A stretch of 64,000 nt of DNA from the human T2T-CHM13v2.0 reference genome, Homo sapiens. Where the stretch lies: assembly GCF_009914755.1 (NCBI RefSeq), contig NC_060943.1, one strand, 5' to 3'. The position numbers and the translations under genes were made by a program. Below are positions 1 to 20,234 of this stretch, in pieces (positions within the stretch are counted from its first letter, which is position 1; the number at the start of each line of letters is the position of its first letter). The notes beneath the pieces are model-generated. The model made no database searches. It was not told where the DNA came from and worked only from the letters and a program-made list of their open reading frames with translations.

Positions 1-194
1 AACTATTAATATAAGTTCTATGGGATGATGGGGCTAGTTTCATAACCATGGGGTATCTCAGTAGGAGAGTGTAATAAATGACTTATTATATGATTGGGGC
101 TTGTGTTAAGTTCTTTAGGGGAGGATTCTAGGTTGGATGCTATCAGGAAGAGGGGGTAATCTTATGACTAGGCATTCTAATAAGTCTTTTAATT

Positions 195-448
195 TAATTT
201 TTTTTTTGAGACAGAGTCTTGCTCTCTTGCCGAGGATGGAGTTCAGTGAGGCAATCTCAGCTCATTGCAACCTCCTCCCCCCAAGTAGCTGGGATTACAG
301 GCTCCTGCCACCACGGCCAGGTAATTTTTTGTATTTTTGTAGAGACAGGGTTTCACCATGTTGGCCAGGCTGGTCTCAAACTCCTGACCTTAAGTGATCC
401 ACCCACCTCGGCCTTCTGAAGTGCTGGGATTACACGCATGAGCCACTG
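195..448 (-). mobile_element. Alu with internal deletions
   Basis: Alu consensus on - strand, poly(T) start. Confidence 0.9.
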
Positions 449-520
449 AAGAACAAATAAATCTTATATGCAAGGAGTAAAGACTAGACTGAGGCTAAAG
501 CCATGATTGATAAAAGAGAG

Positions 521-1099
521 TGCTATGAGCTGAGTGTTTACCTCTGAAATTCATATGTTGAAATCCTAACCCCTAAGATGATGTTATTAGGAGGTGGTAA
601 TTTGGGGTTAGTAATTAGGTCATGAGGTCAGAGCCTTCATTAGTGTCCTCATAAAAGAAACCCTAGAAAGCTTCCTTCACCCTTTCCACCATGTGAGAAC
701 ACAGCAAGAAGGCACCATCTATGAATCAGGAAGCAGGCTCTCACCAGCCACCAAATGTACCAGCACCTTGATAGCTGGAAGTGCTGGGCAAAGTTCTAGC
801 AATGCTATGATCAGCTGCAGGACCAGACCAGCTCCTAGAACACCATGGTCACCTAGGAAGGCCAGGGCAGCTCCTAACAACACCAAAGCCAGCTGTGAGC
901 TTCAGGCCTGCTCTTGACCACTCTTCTTCTCTCGGGATTAAACTAGCTATGTTATGTAGAGCATGTAGAACAATGTCTGATAAATCTTTTATCGAGACTT
1001 GCTCTTTCTAGCCTCCAGAAGTGTGAGCAATAAATTTCTACTGTTTATAATCCACCCAGCCTATGATGTTTTATTAGAGCAGCCCCAACAGACTAAGAG
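521..1099 (+). mobile_element. MaLR LTR (MLT1A-like), interrupted at about 773-997
   Basis: tgctatg...aattcatatgttgaaatcctaacccc...cagcaccttgat / agcctccagaa..aataaatttc...gactaaga. Confidence 0.75.
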
Positions 1100-1920
1100 A
1101 GAAAGGTTGTTCCAATTAGCCAGAATATAGGAATGTTTGGTTATGTCTGGTTTGGACAGTGCTCACATTTTGTCTGTGTTCAGACATGCTTACAGAGTGA
1201 TCTCACTTTTGTCTTGCTATGTACACATTTACAGCTACAAACGTTTTTGCTTGATGTTGATGTTCTGTGAAATTGTTTATATTCAAGAGGACAACATCAT
1301 AACCTAGGTGGAAGTGCTGGGTAAAGTTCTAGCCATGCCATGATCAGCTGGAAGACCAGACCAGCTCCTAGAACACTCTGGCCACCTAGGAAGCCCAGGG
1401 CAGCTCCTAGCAACACCAAAGCCAGCTGTGAGCTTCAGGCCTGCTCTTGACCACTCTTCTCCTCTCAGGATTAAACTAGCTATGTTATGTAGAGCATGTA
1501 GAACAATGTCTGATAAATCTTTTTTCGAGATGGAGTCTCACTCACTCTATCACCCAGGCTGTTTGCTCACTGCAACCTCTGACTCCTGGGTTCAAGCAAT
1601 TCTCCTGCTTCAGCCTCCCCAGTAGCTGAGATTACAGGCATGCATCACCATGCCCAGATAGTTTTTGTATTTTTTATTTTTTTAATGTTTTAGCAAACTT
1701 TGTTGTACAGAACAAAAAAAAATACATCATGATTCTGCATGATTTTCTCTCCCACAAAAGCATGGGTGAAAACCAGTAACTTACTTATAAAAATATTTTA
1801 TTTAGGACTCTAATAAGATAATATGTACATTCATACCTTGTCTCCTGAGTATTTAAATGGGGAAAGGTTCACCTGAAAAAAGTTTTCCCCAGGAAACCCA
1901 TAGTTTCTTGGCTCAACTGA

Positions 1921-2559
<639 letters not shown>

Positions 2560-2814
2560 TCCACCTGTATCAACTTTCTGCCAGTCTGGAGAAGATTTGT
2601 TTTCTTTGATCTGACATCATGTGTTCACAAGCTTCCAAAATGTTTGCCAAAATTAAAGTTTGATGGATGGTTTTTGTTTTGACCCATATTCTTCCATTCA
2701 TTCCAAATACTATCTCCAGGGAATAAAGTTTTCCCACTTCCTGTATGATTCCACAACCTGGAGTTAATAGCTTTCTAACTAAGCCCAAAGTCACTTTAAA
2801 AAGCAGACCATCAG

Positions 2815-3116
2815 GGCCAGGCACGGTGGCTCACGCCTGTAATCCCAGCACTTTGGGAGGCAGAGGCACGCAGATCATCTGAGGTCGGGAGTTCGAGACC
2901 AGCCTGACCAACATGGAGAAACCCCGTCTCTACTAAAAATACAAAATTAGCTGGGTGCAGTGGCGCATGCCTGTAATCCCAGTTACTCAGGAGGCTGAGG
3001 CAAGATAATTGCTTGAATCTGGGAGGCGGAGGTTGCGGTGAGCCAAGATCACACCATTGCACTCCAGCCTGGGCAACAAGAGCAAAACTTCGTCTCAAAA
3101 AAAAAAAAAAAAAAAA
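2815..3116 (+). mobile_element. AluS inside the pseudogene CDS
   Basis: TSD AAAAAGCAGACCATC at 2798-2812 and 3112-3126. Confidence 0.93.
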
Positions 3117-3668
3117 GCAGACCATCCTGTCCAATGACACCCATTCCATTGGCTCGTCCTCAGCTGTCAATACACACCATCTCTAGTTCCATGTCTTTAT
3201 TAGCAACCACAAAGTGGCCATAGATGAGATCTCCAACCTACACATATGGTCTGTTTCTTTTAGTTGCACCTTCAAACGCCAAGTAAAACAAAGAAGCTGG
3301 CTCACTCCCTCCAACATCAGCTCTGAATGTATCTCCAGATTTAGCTGTCACTATGCCAATCACATGGTCTCCTTTCACTCGAACATACTCATTCCCGGGA
3401 CTGCAGCACTTCCAACCCGGCGGTGTCTCAGCTTTCCCAGTCCTCGTTCTTGTGTTTTTTAGTAGAGACAGGGTTTCACCATTTTGGCCAGTCTGGTCTC
3501 GAACTCCTGACTTCAAGTGGTCTGCCCACCTCAGCCTCCCAAAGTGCTGGGATTACAGGCATGAGCCACCGGGCCCAGCGTGATAAATCTTAAGTGCTGT
3601 AATTACTGAGTATCCATCATTCAAATAGGCAATTTATACCTATTACTAGTGCACTGTATTAAAACTCA

Positions 3669-4031
<363 letters not shown>

Positions 4032-4414
4032 TCACAGCTGAGGAAACTGAGACTCCCAAAAAGTGAGGCTCAAGGTGTCAGCGTTGTATATGGGTTCAGA
4101 TAGAGTCTTTTGGCACTGGAATTTACTGGATAGTTTCTGCCTGCCCTCTAAATGACTCTCCTCTGTGTCAGGTGCTTCATCTCTCACCCCACTTTTCAGG
4201 AAGGGTGTGTCTCCATCCTGTTCCTTATTCTTCTTCCTGGCTTGGAGAGATGTGATTCTGAGGGGCTGCAATGCATGGGGTTATAAAAACCCACAGTCCA
4301 GAGAGGGGATGGAGAGAGAAGGGAGTAGAGAGGAGAAGATGGAGGAAGTGTGCGAGCCCAAGGGGCCAGGCAACCCTGGTGAGGCTGCCCCACCCCTTCC
4401 GTGGGATGTTGGTA

Positions 4415-5105
<691 letters not shown>

Positions 5106-5107
5106 CT

Positions 5108-5500
5108 AGCAAAGACATGGAATCAACCCATCAATGATAGACTGGATAAAGAAAATGTGGTACATATATACAATGGAGTACTATGCAGCCATAAAAAAGA
5201 ACAAGATCATGTCCTTTGCAGGGACATGGATAAAGCTGGAGGCCATTATCCTTAGCAAACTGATGCAGGAACAGAAAACCAAATACCGCATGTTCTCACT
5301 TATAAGTGGGAGTTAAATGATGAGAACACATGGACACATAACGGGGAACAACACACACTGGGGCCTATTGCAGGGTGGAGAGTGAGGAGGGAGAGGATCA
5401 GGAAAAGTAACTAATAATCTGTACATGTCATATGTTCACCTGTATAACAAATCTGCACATCCCACACATATACCCCTGAACTTAAAGTTTAAAAAAAATC
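5108..5500 (+). mobile_element. L1PA/L1PB 3' fragment
   Basis: ORF2 C-terminus DWIKKMWYIYTMEYYAAIKKN...MFSLISGS* followed by 3' UTR. Confidence 0.9.
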
Positions 5501-5983
5501 ACATCATTACTCTTTAAAAAAAAAAAAAGAAAGAAAGAAAAAGAAAAAGGGTTGTCACTTCTGCCTTCATCTGCTCCCTCTAACCCTCTGATGGCTGCCC
5601 CACCTGCCACCACTTTCCTGAAATGACCAAGGAGAGTAACTACCGTTCCTTTGTGAAAGCCAACCAGACTTGTTTCTATCTTGTTTCCACTCATTAATGG
5701 GGTGGCCACTCCCTCCCTCCTCCTTGAAACTCCTCTCTCCCAAGACTTCCCTGATGGCCTCACCTCCTGGTTCTCCTCCTGTCTGCCTGACCGCTCCTTC
5801 TCCATCTCCTTCATGGGCTCCTCTTCTGCCTGCCCTCAAAATGTCCCTGTCATTTACAAGTCTTTACTATCCAAATTCACTCCTGCTACTGGGAAGGCAA
5901 GAAGGAAAGACAGTCACAGCTGGACTGTCTTTCAAGTTTCTCCAGAGCTGGAGCCAGTGAGGTTACACTGGGTAGCAAAGTCA

Positions 5984-6533
<550 letters not shown>

Positions 6534-6682
6534 CTAGTCAGCCTGCAAGCTGACCACAGATGGGCTCCTATAATATCTAATCTGTTCAGGTTTCCTATTT
6601 CAGATGATTTGTATCACTCTGTGATTAATTTCCAAATTATTACTATGTTTGTTTCAACTCCGCCTCCCCCCACCCCACACCT

Positions 6683-7220
6683 AATAGTTATTGATTGCCA
6701 CAAACAAATTGCCACAAATGGCCCAGCTTAAACAACATACATTTATTATTTTATAGTTTTTATGGGTCAGGAATCTGGGCATGACTTGCCTGGATCCTTT
6801 GCCTGGGGTCTCTCATAAGACGGCAATCAAGGAGATGGCCAGGATTAAGGTTTCATCTGAAGGCTCAACTGGGGAAGGATTCACTTCCTAGCTCACTCAT
6901 GTGACTGTTGGCAGAATCAGTTCCTTTTGTGCTGTTGGGCAAATTATCTCAGTTCCTAGCTGGCTGTTGGCCAGAGGACACCCTCAGCTTATTGCCACAT
7001 GGGTTTCTCCAACATAGCAACTTGCTTCATCAAAGCCATCAAGGGGAAAAGTCTGCTAGCAAGATAGAAGTCAGAATATTTTGGAATATAATCTCAGAAG
7101 TGACAGTTTCTCAATGATGAAGTATTCTATTGGTTAGAAGCAAGATAATCACCAGTAGAGGATCACAGAAGGCCATGAATACTAGGAGGTGGGGACCATT
7201 TCAGAAGCTACTTACTACAC
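6683..7220. mobile_element. MaLR LTR (MLT1E/F-like)
   Basis: cttaaacaaca..atttattat..gggtcaggaatctgggcatg..ctcactcatgtgactgttggcag. Confidence 0.65.
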
Positions 7221-7300
7221 CCCACCAGCATATAAATATATAAGTCTATTAGAGCAGGAACACTTTGGTTCATGTTAACCATCACTTCTCCAGTGTTTTA

Positions 7301-7615
<315 letters not shown>

Positions 7616-7949
7616 AGTGAATGGCATATAGTAGGTGATAAATTAATATTGGTGAAATGAAAGATTCAATGGGGTAAGCTATGTGGTCTTAGAGTGGAAT
7701 AGCTAGAGATTGCTTCAATTCAACAATTTTTTATTACGTTCAGGAATTCTATTCACAGAATAGTCAAGGAGCAGTGGATGGGTGTAATTGTCATGACAGG
7801 TAAAACCAGGGGTGATAAACTGTGGGGTGAACACAGACATAGAAGAGTCACTGGATAAATCTGCTGGCTTGCATCACTGTGTAGGGGTCCTGGATGTGGT
7901 CGGCCAATATTAGGCTTAGTGAGTATGCTTGTAGGCATACACCTACAAG

Positions 7950-9245
<1,296 letters not shown>

Positions 9246-10791
9246 TGGCAAGATCAGTGCAAAATGACAAAGTAGACAGTTCCAAGCCCGCGTTCCCCAC
9301 AGAAACATCAAAAAACAAGCAGAAACTGTCAGATACAACTTTGTCAGAACTCTGGGAAACAGTCAAAGGTTTACGGTAGTCCAGTGAATGCTGAATCAAG
9401 AAGAAAGACAACTTCAAAATGATCAAAAGCTTTTGATATTTCGACTTGCGTTTGCCCCACTTGCCACTGCCCTCCCTTGTGTGACAGCAGTAGTGGGAAG
9501 AGGGAAGCCCACACTCCCAGCATGAGACTCTCATTCCTCCTTCCAGAGGGAGCAGAGCAGACTTTATTTGTAGATGATAGTGTATGTCCGCTCTAAGCTG
9601 TCTGGGAGCCACCTGAAGGACAAGGTGCTCATCTCTGGTCTTCCTGCCTCGGAACTCAGGCTGGAAAAGTGGTGGCACTGCTCAAAAACACTGCAAGCCA
9701 AACTAACAAACCACAGATGTCTGTTCCAAAGATTACAATCAAAACACACAATAGACGGCCTAAGGCTCAGGAGCAAAAGCTGGGGAGAGTTTCCTGGGGA
9801 AATTAGAAGCACCTGCATGCATAGGGGGATTTATAAACACAGGGTTATGCCCACAGCAAGATGCATGCTCAGAAAAGACCTGAGAAGACCCTAAGTTATG
9901 CTCAGCTGATCCCTAGGCTCAGGGCAAGCTGGGTTAAATGTTGAAAGAGTGCTCCAGCACAGGGCCAATCTGCAAAGACTGAGCGAGGGAAAGATTTTTT
10001 GTTTGGTTGGTTTGCTTGCTTTTTTAGCTCCTGGTATTCAAGAAAATCTGTCAAAACACTAGCTGAACACAAGCTAAGGAATAGAGACTTCAGTGACCAC
10101 ATGCGACAAGTAATATAGTCTTTGCAAGAATAGTTTTGGAAAGTCATTAAGCCAAAACTACTACGGTCTTTAACAATAAAACAAACAACAAACCAGCAAA
10201 CCCTGGGACAGTGGGAGAATCTGACATCCAAATTTATCACATTACAAATATTCAAATGTCCAGTTTTTAACAAGAAAAATCACAAGGTATACAGAGAAAA
10301 AGGAAATTATGGCCCATTGAAAGGGGAAAAAAAATAACAAATTGAAAGGAATTATTCCTGAGAAAGTCCAGATCTGAGACTTACTAGACAAAGACTTTAA
10401 AATAATTGTCTTAAATATGCTCAAAGAGCTAAGGGAAAACATGGACAAAAATCTAAAGGAAACCAGGAAAACAATGTATGAATAAAATGAGACTATCAAT
10501 AAAGAAATGGCCAGGCGTGGTGGCTCATGCCTATAATCCCAGCACCTTAGGAGGCTGAGTTGGGTGGATCACTTGAGGTCAGGAGTTCGAGACCAGCCTG
10601 GCCAACGTGGGGAAACCTCATCTCTACTGAAAATATAAAAATTAGCTGGTCATTGTGGCAGGCACCTGTAATCCCAGCTACTCAGGAGGCTGAGAGAGGA
10701 GAATCACTTGAACACAAGAGGCGGAGGCTGCAGTGAGCTGAGATTGCGCTACTGCACTCCAGCCTGAGTGACAGAGTGAGATCCTGTCTCA

Positions 10792-11520
<729 letters not shown>

Positions 11521-11748
11521 TGAGCCACTGCGCGCGGCCTAGATTGGCAGAATAATTTTTTAAAACATGATCTATGTCTTTTTTTTTTTTTTTTTTTCGA
11601 GAGGGAGTTTCACTCTTATTGCCCAGGCTGCAGTGCAATGGAGCGATCTCGGTTCACTGTAACCTCTGACTCCTGGGTTCAAGAGATTCTCCTGCCTCAG
11701 CCTCCCGAGTACCTGGGATTACAGGCACCCACCACCATGCCCAGCTAA

Positions 11749-11943
<195 letters not shown>

Positions 11944-11983
11944 TGAAAGTGAAATGATGAAAAAGATATTTCATGTGGCCGGG

Positions 11984-12239
<256 letters not shown>

Positions 12240-12256
12240 TCATGCATTCCAGGCTA

Positions 12257-12826
<570 letters not shown>

Positions 12827-13914
12827 TTAACACTAATCCTTCTCAAACTCTTCCAAAAAATTGAAGAGAAGGAACACTTCCAAACTCATCCTACGAGGCC
12901 AGCATTATCCTGTTACCAAAGCCAGATACAGACACACACACACAAAAAAAAACCCCTACAGATCAATATCCCTGATGAATATTGATGCAAAAATCCTCAA
13001 CAAAACCGTAGCAAAGGCTGAGCGCGGTGACTCAAGCCTGTAATCCCAGCACTTTGGGAGCCACGTGCAGGATGATTGCCTGAACCCAGGAGTTCCAGAC
13101 CAGACTGGGCAACACAGCAAGACCCCCATCTCTAAAAATAAAATAAAGGACAGGAGTGATGGCTCACGCCTGTTATCTCAAAACTTTGGGAGGCTGAGGC
13201 AGGCAGATCACTTGATGTCAGGAGTTTGAGACCAGCCTCAACAACATGGTGAAACCTCGTCTCTACTAAAAATACAAAACTTAGCCAGGCATGGTGGCAC
13301 ATGCCTGTAATCCAAGCTACTCAAGAGGCTGAGGCAGGAGAATTGCTTGAACCTGGGAGGTGGGGGTTGCAGTGAGCCAAGATCGCCTCACTACACTCCA
13401 GCCTGGGAAACAGAGTGAGACTCTGTCTCAAAAAATAAATTAAAAATAAAATTACAAAAAAAAAAAGGAGACTTTTTTTTTCTTTGGATTACAGGCGTGT
13501 GCCACCACACACAGCTAATTTTTTGTATTTTTAGTAGAGATGGGGTTTCACCGTGTTAGCCAGGATGGTCTCCATCTCCTGATCTCATGATCCGCCCATC
13601 TCAGCCTCCCAAAGTGCTGGAATTATAGGCATGAGCCACCACGTCCGGCCTTTCTCTTTTTTTTTTTTTTTATTAGACAGAGTCTCACTCACCCAGGCTG
13701 GAGTGCAGTAGCATGATCATGGCTTGCCAGAGCCTCAAACTCCTGGGCTCATGCAATCCTCCCACCTCAGCCTCCTGAGTAGCTGAGACCACACGTGCAC
13801 ATTCAGAAGACTACTTCAACATAGTAAGGACTGTATATGGGGACCAGGTGCGAAGGCTTACCCCTGTAATCCCAGCACTTTGGGAGGCTGAGGCAGGCAG
13901 ATCACCTGAGATCA

Positions 13915-14313
<399 letters not shown>

Positions 14314-14360
14314 TCACGCCTGTAATCCCAGCATTTTGGGAGGCCGAGGCAGGTGGATCA

Positions 14361-14600
<240 letters not shown>

Positions 14601-14643
14601 TTAGCTGGGTGTGTTGGTGGGCGCCTGTAATCCCAGCTACTCA

Positions 14644-14829
<186 letters not shown>

Positions 14830-15045
14830 CTACTGCAGAAAACAGGCTGGTGGTTCCTCAAAAAGCTAAACATAGGGCCAGGCATGGTGGCTCATACCTG
14901 TAATCCCAGCACTTTGGGAGGACAGGCAGTGGATCACCCGAGGTCAGGAGTTCTAGACCAGCCTGGCCAACATGGTGAAACCCCGTCTCTACTAAAAATA
15001 CAAAAATTAGCCGGGCATGATGACAGGTGCCTGTAATCCCAGCTA

Positions 15046-15219
<174 letters not shown>

Positions 15220-15547
15220 CTACCCAAAAGAACTGAAAACAGAAATGCAAACAGATATCTGTGTGTGCCCAGGTTCATAGAGGCATTGTTCACAATAACG
15301 AATGGTGGAAACTACTCCACTTATCCATCTACAGATGAATGAATGAACCAAACGTGGTTTATACATATGATAGAATATTATTCAGCTATAAGAAGGAGGG
15401 AAATTCTGGCCAGGCGTGGTGGCTCATGCCTGTAATCCCAGCACTTTGGGAGGCCGAGACGGGCGGACCACAAGGTCAGGAGATCGAGACCATCCTGGCT
15501 AACACGGTGAAACTCCGTCTCTACTAAAAATAAAAAAAAATTAGCTA

Positions 15548-16005
<458 letters not shown>

Positions 16006-18399
16006 TCACCTGAGGTCGGGAGTTCAAGACCAGCCTGACCAATGTGATGAAACCCCATCTCTACTAAAAATACAAAAATTAGCCAGGTGTGGTGGCATGC
16101 GCCTATAATCCCAGCTACTCTGGAGGGTGAGACAGGAGAATCGCTTGAACCCGGGAGGCGGAAGTTGCAGTGAGCCAAGATGCACCATTGCACTCCAGCC
16201 TGGGCAACAATAATGAAACTCCATCTCAAAAAAAAAAAAAAAGTTTAACTCAGAAAAAAAAATGATCATAAAATTTGTTATTAATCTGGCTAAACCCTGG
16301 CAGAAGAGTCTTTTAATAAACTTCCATGCGCAAAGTTTGATTCCAAAGAAATGACACTCATCCTAAGAAAACTTCACAATGGTAAAATCAACAGTTCATA
16401 AAAACTGTATGAAAACAGCCTGATTTGTGCATCAAATGTTTACTGTAAGGAACACCCCGAAAAATGTTCCTGATAAAAATGAATTCTATCAAAAAAAAAC
16501 TTTGGAAACAGTTTCACTGCACTGTATAGAAAAGGGATCCAGGAATTTGACTGGCTTAATGCGGTGTTTGATGGAAAAGTCTTTTCCAACAGAAATGTGT
16601 TGGATTTATTTTTTTCCCACTGCGCTTATAAAAATGGAATCAAAGTGTCCTGGGAATGAAACCATTTTTTGTGTGAAAATGGTAGTGCAAAGAGGGGGTC
16701 AAATGTTCTGTTCATTTGCCTTAGGCTTGGTTTTATCCCCCAGACACCAGCTGTTGAGTGTCTCCTAGGCATGGTCCCAGAAAAATAACTGGTCACGACC
16801 TCTTCCTAGGGAGGTTCTGGACCCCACCTTGGCCTGAACCTCCGCAGACCACTCTGTCTCCCACATTCCTGCTAGTATTCTAGGACCAGAGACCCCAGGA
16901 CTTTTCTTTTCTTTCCCTTTCTTTCTTTTCTTTCCTTCCTTCCTTTCTTGCTTGCAGAGTCTCGCGCCGTCACCCAGGCAGGAGCGCAGTGGTATGATCT
17001 CTGCTTACCGCAACCTCTGCCTCCCGGGTTCAAGTGATTCCCGAGCTTCAGCCTCCTGAGTAGCTGGGATTATAGGCGTGCGCCACCACACTTGGCTAAT
17101 TTTTGTTTTTGTTTTTGTTTTTTTTGAGACGGAGCCTCGCTCTGTCGCCAGGCTGGAGTAGAGTGGAGCGATCTCAGCTCATTTTAACCTCCGCCTCCAG
17201 GTTCAAGCGATTCTGCTGCCTCAGCCTCCCAAGTAGCTGGGACTACAGGCACCCGCCTCCATGCCCAGCTAATTTTTGTATTTTTAGTAGAGACGGGGTT
17301 TCACCATGTTGGCCAGGATGGTCTGGATCTCTTGACCTCGTGATCTGCCCGCCTCGGCCTCCCAAAGTGCTGGGATTACAGGCGTGAGCCACCGCGCCCG
17401 GACCCTGGGGAGGTTTATTAACAGTTCCAGAACGTTGGCAGATGCAAAATAGACAGGAAGAGGGAGGGAGAGGCAGAGAGAGCTGGACAGAGGCCGGGAC
17501 CATACGTGGATGTCAGTCACTGCTTGCAAGGCCACACAGAGTCTCCTACTACAGAGAAGGTTGAGCTCTCAGACCTTAGGAAGTCCTGACGTGCCCCTCC
17601 CTGGGTCCAGCCTTCCCTTCCCCATTCTGAACTTAGGACATCTAGCTGGGCGAGGTGGCTCATGCCTGTAATCCCAGCACTTTGGGAGGCTGAAGTGGGA
17701 GAACCTGGCACCAGGAGTTTCCGACTAGCCTGAGCAACATACCAAGACCCCAGCCTCTACCAAAAAAATTAGCCGGGCATGGTGTGCACGCACCTGTAGT
17801 CCCAGCTACTGGGGAGGTTGAGGCGGGAGGATCATTGGAGTCCAAGAGTTCGAGGCTGCATTGAGCTATGTTCGCATCACTGCACTGCAAACTGGGACAC
17901 AGAGCGAGACCCTGTCTCTGAAAAATAAATAAATAAAAACACACTTATGACGTCACCCTCTCTGCTATGACAAGGTCCTTCCCTGCCCCACCCCCTCCAG
18001 GGCCCATCCCTACATCTTGGGGAGGAAATAAGTCCATTTTGGTCAGTCTTGCCCGCTGTCAGTAACTGTCCCTACGAATTCCTCTCTAGCTTGAAGGATT
18101 CTCCACCTCTCCCTTCTCTGTTAAAAGAGTCACGGGCCCATTTTCATTCATTCATTCATCAAATGTTTATAAGCAGTTTCCATGCTGGGGACCTGGAAGA
18201 GACCCGACCTAGGCCCTGCATCCCGACTCCCCGAGGATCTATCAGCCTGGGAGGATGGGGAATGGGAGGGCCTATCCCTCCCCACGATCACGGCGCGAAC
18301 CGAGCTTTGATGGAGAAACACGCGGCTCTGTGAGCTTTAGAGAACACATTTAACCTGGCCTGGAGTAAGACAGGGGACGGGCCTGAATCTTTTATGGGA

Positions 18400-19700
18400 C
18401 CCGCCCCCAATATCAACCGCCCCGTCCCCAGCACAGAACTGGGCTCCTAGACGACACGGTGCCATCACGTCCCCAGTGAGTCTTCAGGATTTCTGGCCAC
18501 GCCCCTTCTCAGACCCAACCCCCGAGCCCCTCCCTTGCTTGACCCCGCCCCATCTCTGGCCTAGGCCACGCCCTCCTCTTAGCCCCACCCCCATTTCATT
18601 CAACCCAGGCCTCAAGCCCCACCGCCCAGGACGCCAATGCTCCCACCAATCTCACATACCCATTGGTCAGAGAGTGTCACTTTCCCGCCCTCCTTCAGTA
18701 GCATTGGTTCCCTAGGTGTCAATCTTCTTTATGGCGCCCCCAGCAGTTGCCAGGGCCCAGGTTTGAGGGGCAGATAATAATGGACGTCTCGGGGCGTCTC
18801 GTTATTGGGCAGAAAGCCCGGCTCTGGGCGGGGCTTAGTGCCAAACGCTTGGCCGCGTCTGCCTGGTGTTCCTCAGGGCCGCAGCCTTTCCTCACGGACA
18901 CACCCCCACTTTCCTTGCTATTGGTCTTATCAGGTGTTGATCAATAGGATTCCTCATTCCGATACGCAAAACTACCTGTCCTTCACCGCTTCCCTCATTT
19001 CAATTCGCTCTCTCCTCAGAGGCGGCAACCTTCTGAACGTAGCCAGGGCCCGCCTCACGGAATGGCCACGGAATGGTCAGACACCCCGTCACTCCTGGCT
19101 GGTGGGCGGGGCCAGGGCGCCTGGGGGCGGCGAATTGGCGGATGGGGCCTCGGGGGCGGGGCAGCGGCTCCTGTCAGCGGGTGAAATGGCAGCGGCGGAG
19201 CCGGCGGCGGCCGCGGTCCCGGGGGGCGGCTGAGGGGGCCGGGCCGGGGCTGCGGGGCGAACGGCGCGGCTAGGATCCGGCGGCTCAGCCCGGGGCGGCG
19301 AGGCTCGGCACGGAGATGGCGGCGCGCTCGGCGCAGGTAGGGCGGCGCGGGCCGGGCCTCCCGGGCGCCTGCTCAGGCCGGCGGCTCCGTGATGCGGCCC
19401 GCGGGGAACCGGCAGGACCGCAACTCGGGCCGTCGTGCCCCGGAACCCGCGCTGGGAGCCTCGGCATCCCCAGCCCGGGACCTTCGGAGGACCCTGGCCC
19501 CTGCCCACCCTCGTTGCCGATCCCTCCGGACCCCTCCCCAGGAGCTCCTGCAGGATCCCCCTCCCCCACTCCGTCCCCTCCCCATGAGGACCCCGCAGGC
19601 CCAGGACCCCCGTCCACCCTTTGCAGTGACCCTCAGGACTCCTCTCCGGGAACCCCCTCAGGGCTCCCCATCCCCCCACTCCGCCGATCAGCCCCTCAGA
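18400..19700 (+). promoter_or_regulatory. EVI5L CpG-island promoter
   Basis: High CpG density, several GGGCGG boxes, eight CCAAT/ATTGG boxes and a YY1-like GAGATGGCGGC at 19313-19323. Confidence 0.85.
19175..19336 (+). other. EVI5L: EVI5L non-coding first exon (5' end approximate)
   Basis: GC-rich segment in the CpG island ending in donor CAG|GTAGGG at 19336/19337. TSS inferred from upstream GC and CCAAT boxes. Confidence 0.75.
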
Positions 19701-20178
19701 AGCGCCCCCCAAGCCCAAGAACCCCCGTCCACCTTCTGCCCTGATCTCTCAGGACCCCTCCCTTCTGGACAACACTTGCCACCCCCTCCCCGCACCCCCT
19801 CACTTCACGTCCTCCTATCTTGGGCCCAGAACTGCCCCCACCTCTCCCCAAGGAGACCAGCCTCAGGGCCTACCCGCCCCCCATGCTGACCCCACAGGAC
19901 CCCTCTCTGGCCTCTGTAAGTCGGATTTCCTACCCCTGCCCACAGCCCTCAGCTCAGCCTGCTAGCCCATCTCCCACCCCAGCTGCCACATGCCCAAGGG
20001 CACCCCTAAACACCACTCCCCGGCGTCCACCCAGCACACTGTGGTAGCTCCACTGATCCTGCCCCATCTGGATCCTGGCTCCTGGATCCTGAAAAATCCA
20101 CCCATGCTCAAGACCTCCCGTTGGATATTCTGAACCACCCCACTCCCCATCCAGAGCCACCCATCTTTCTGAAAACCC

Positions 20179-20181
<3 letters not shown>

Positions 20182-20232
<51 letters not shown>
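20182..20232. repeat. (CA)n microsatellite, about 25 units
   Basis: Perfect dinucleotide run. Confidence 0.97.

Positions 20233-20234
<2 letters not shown>

Noticed and set aside
19316-19336. MAARSAQ as an N-terminal extension of EVI5L
   Set aside because: No acceptor at exon 2 places it in the main reading frame; treated as a uORF.
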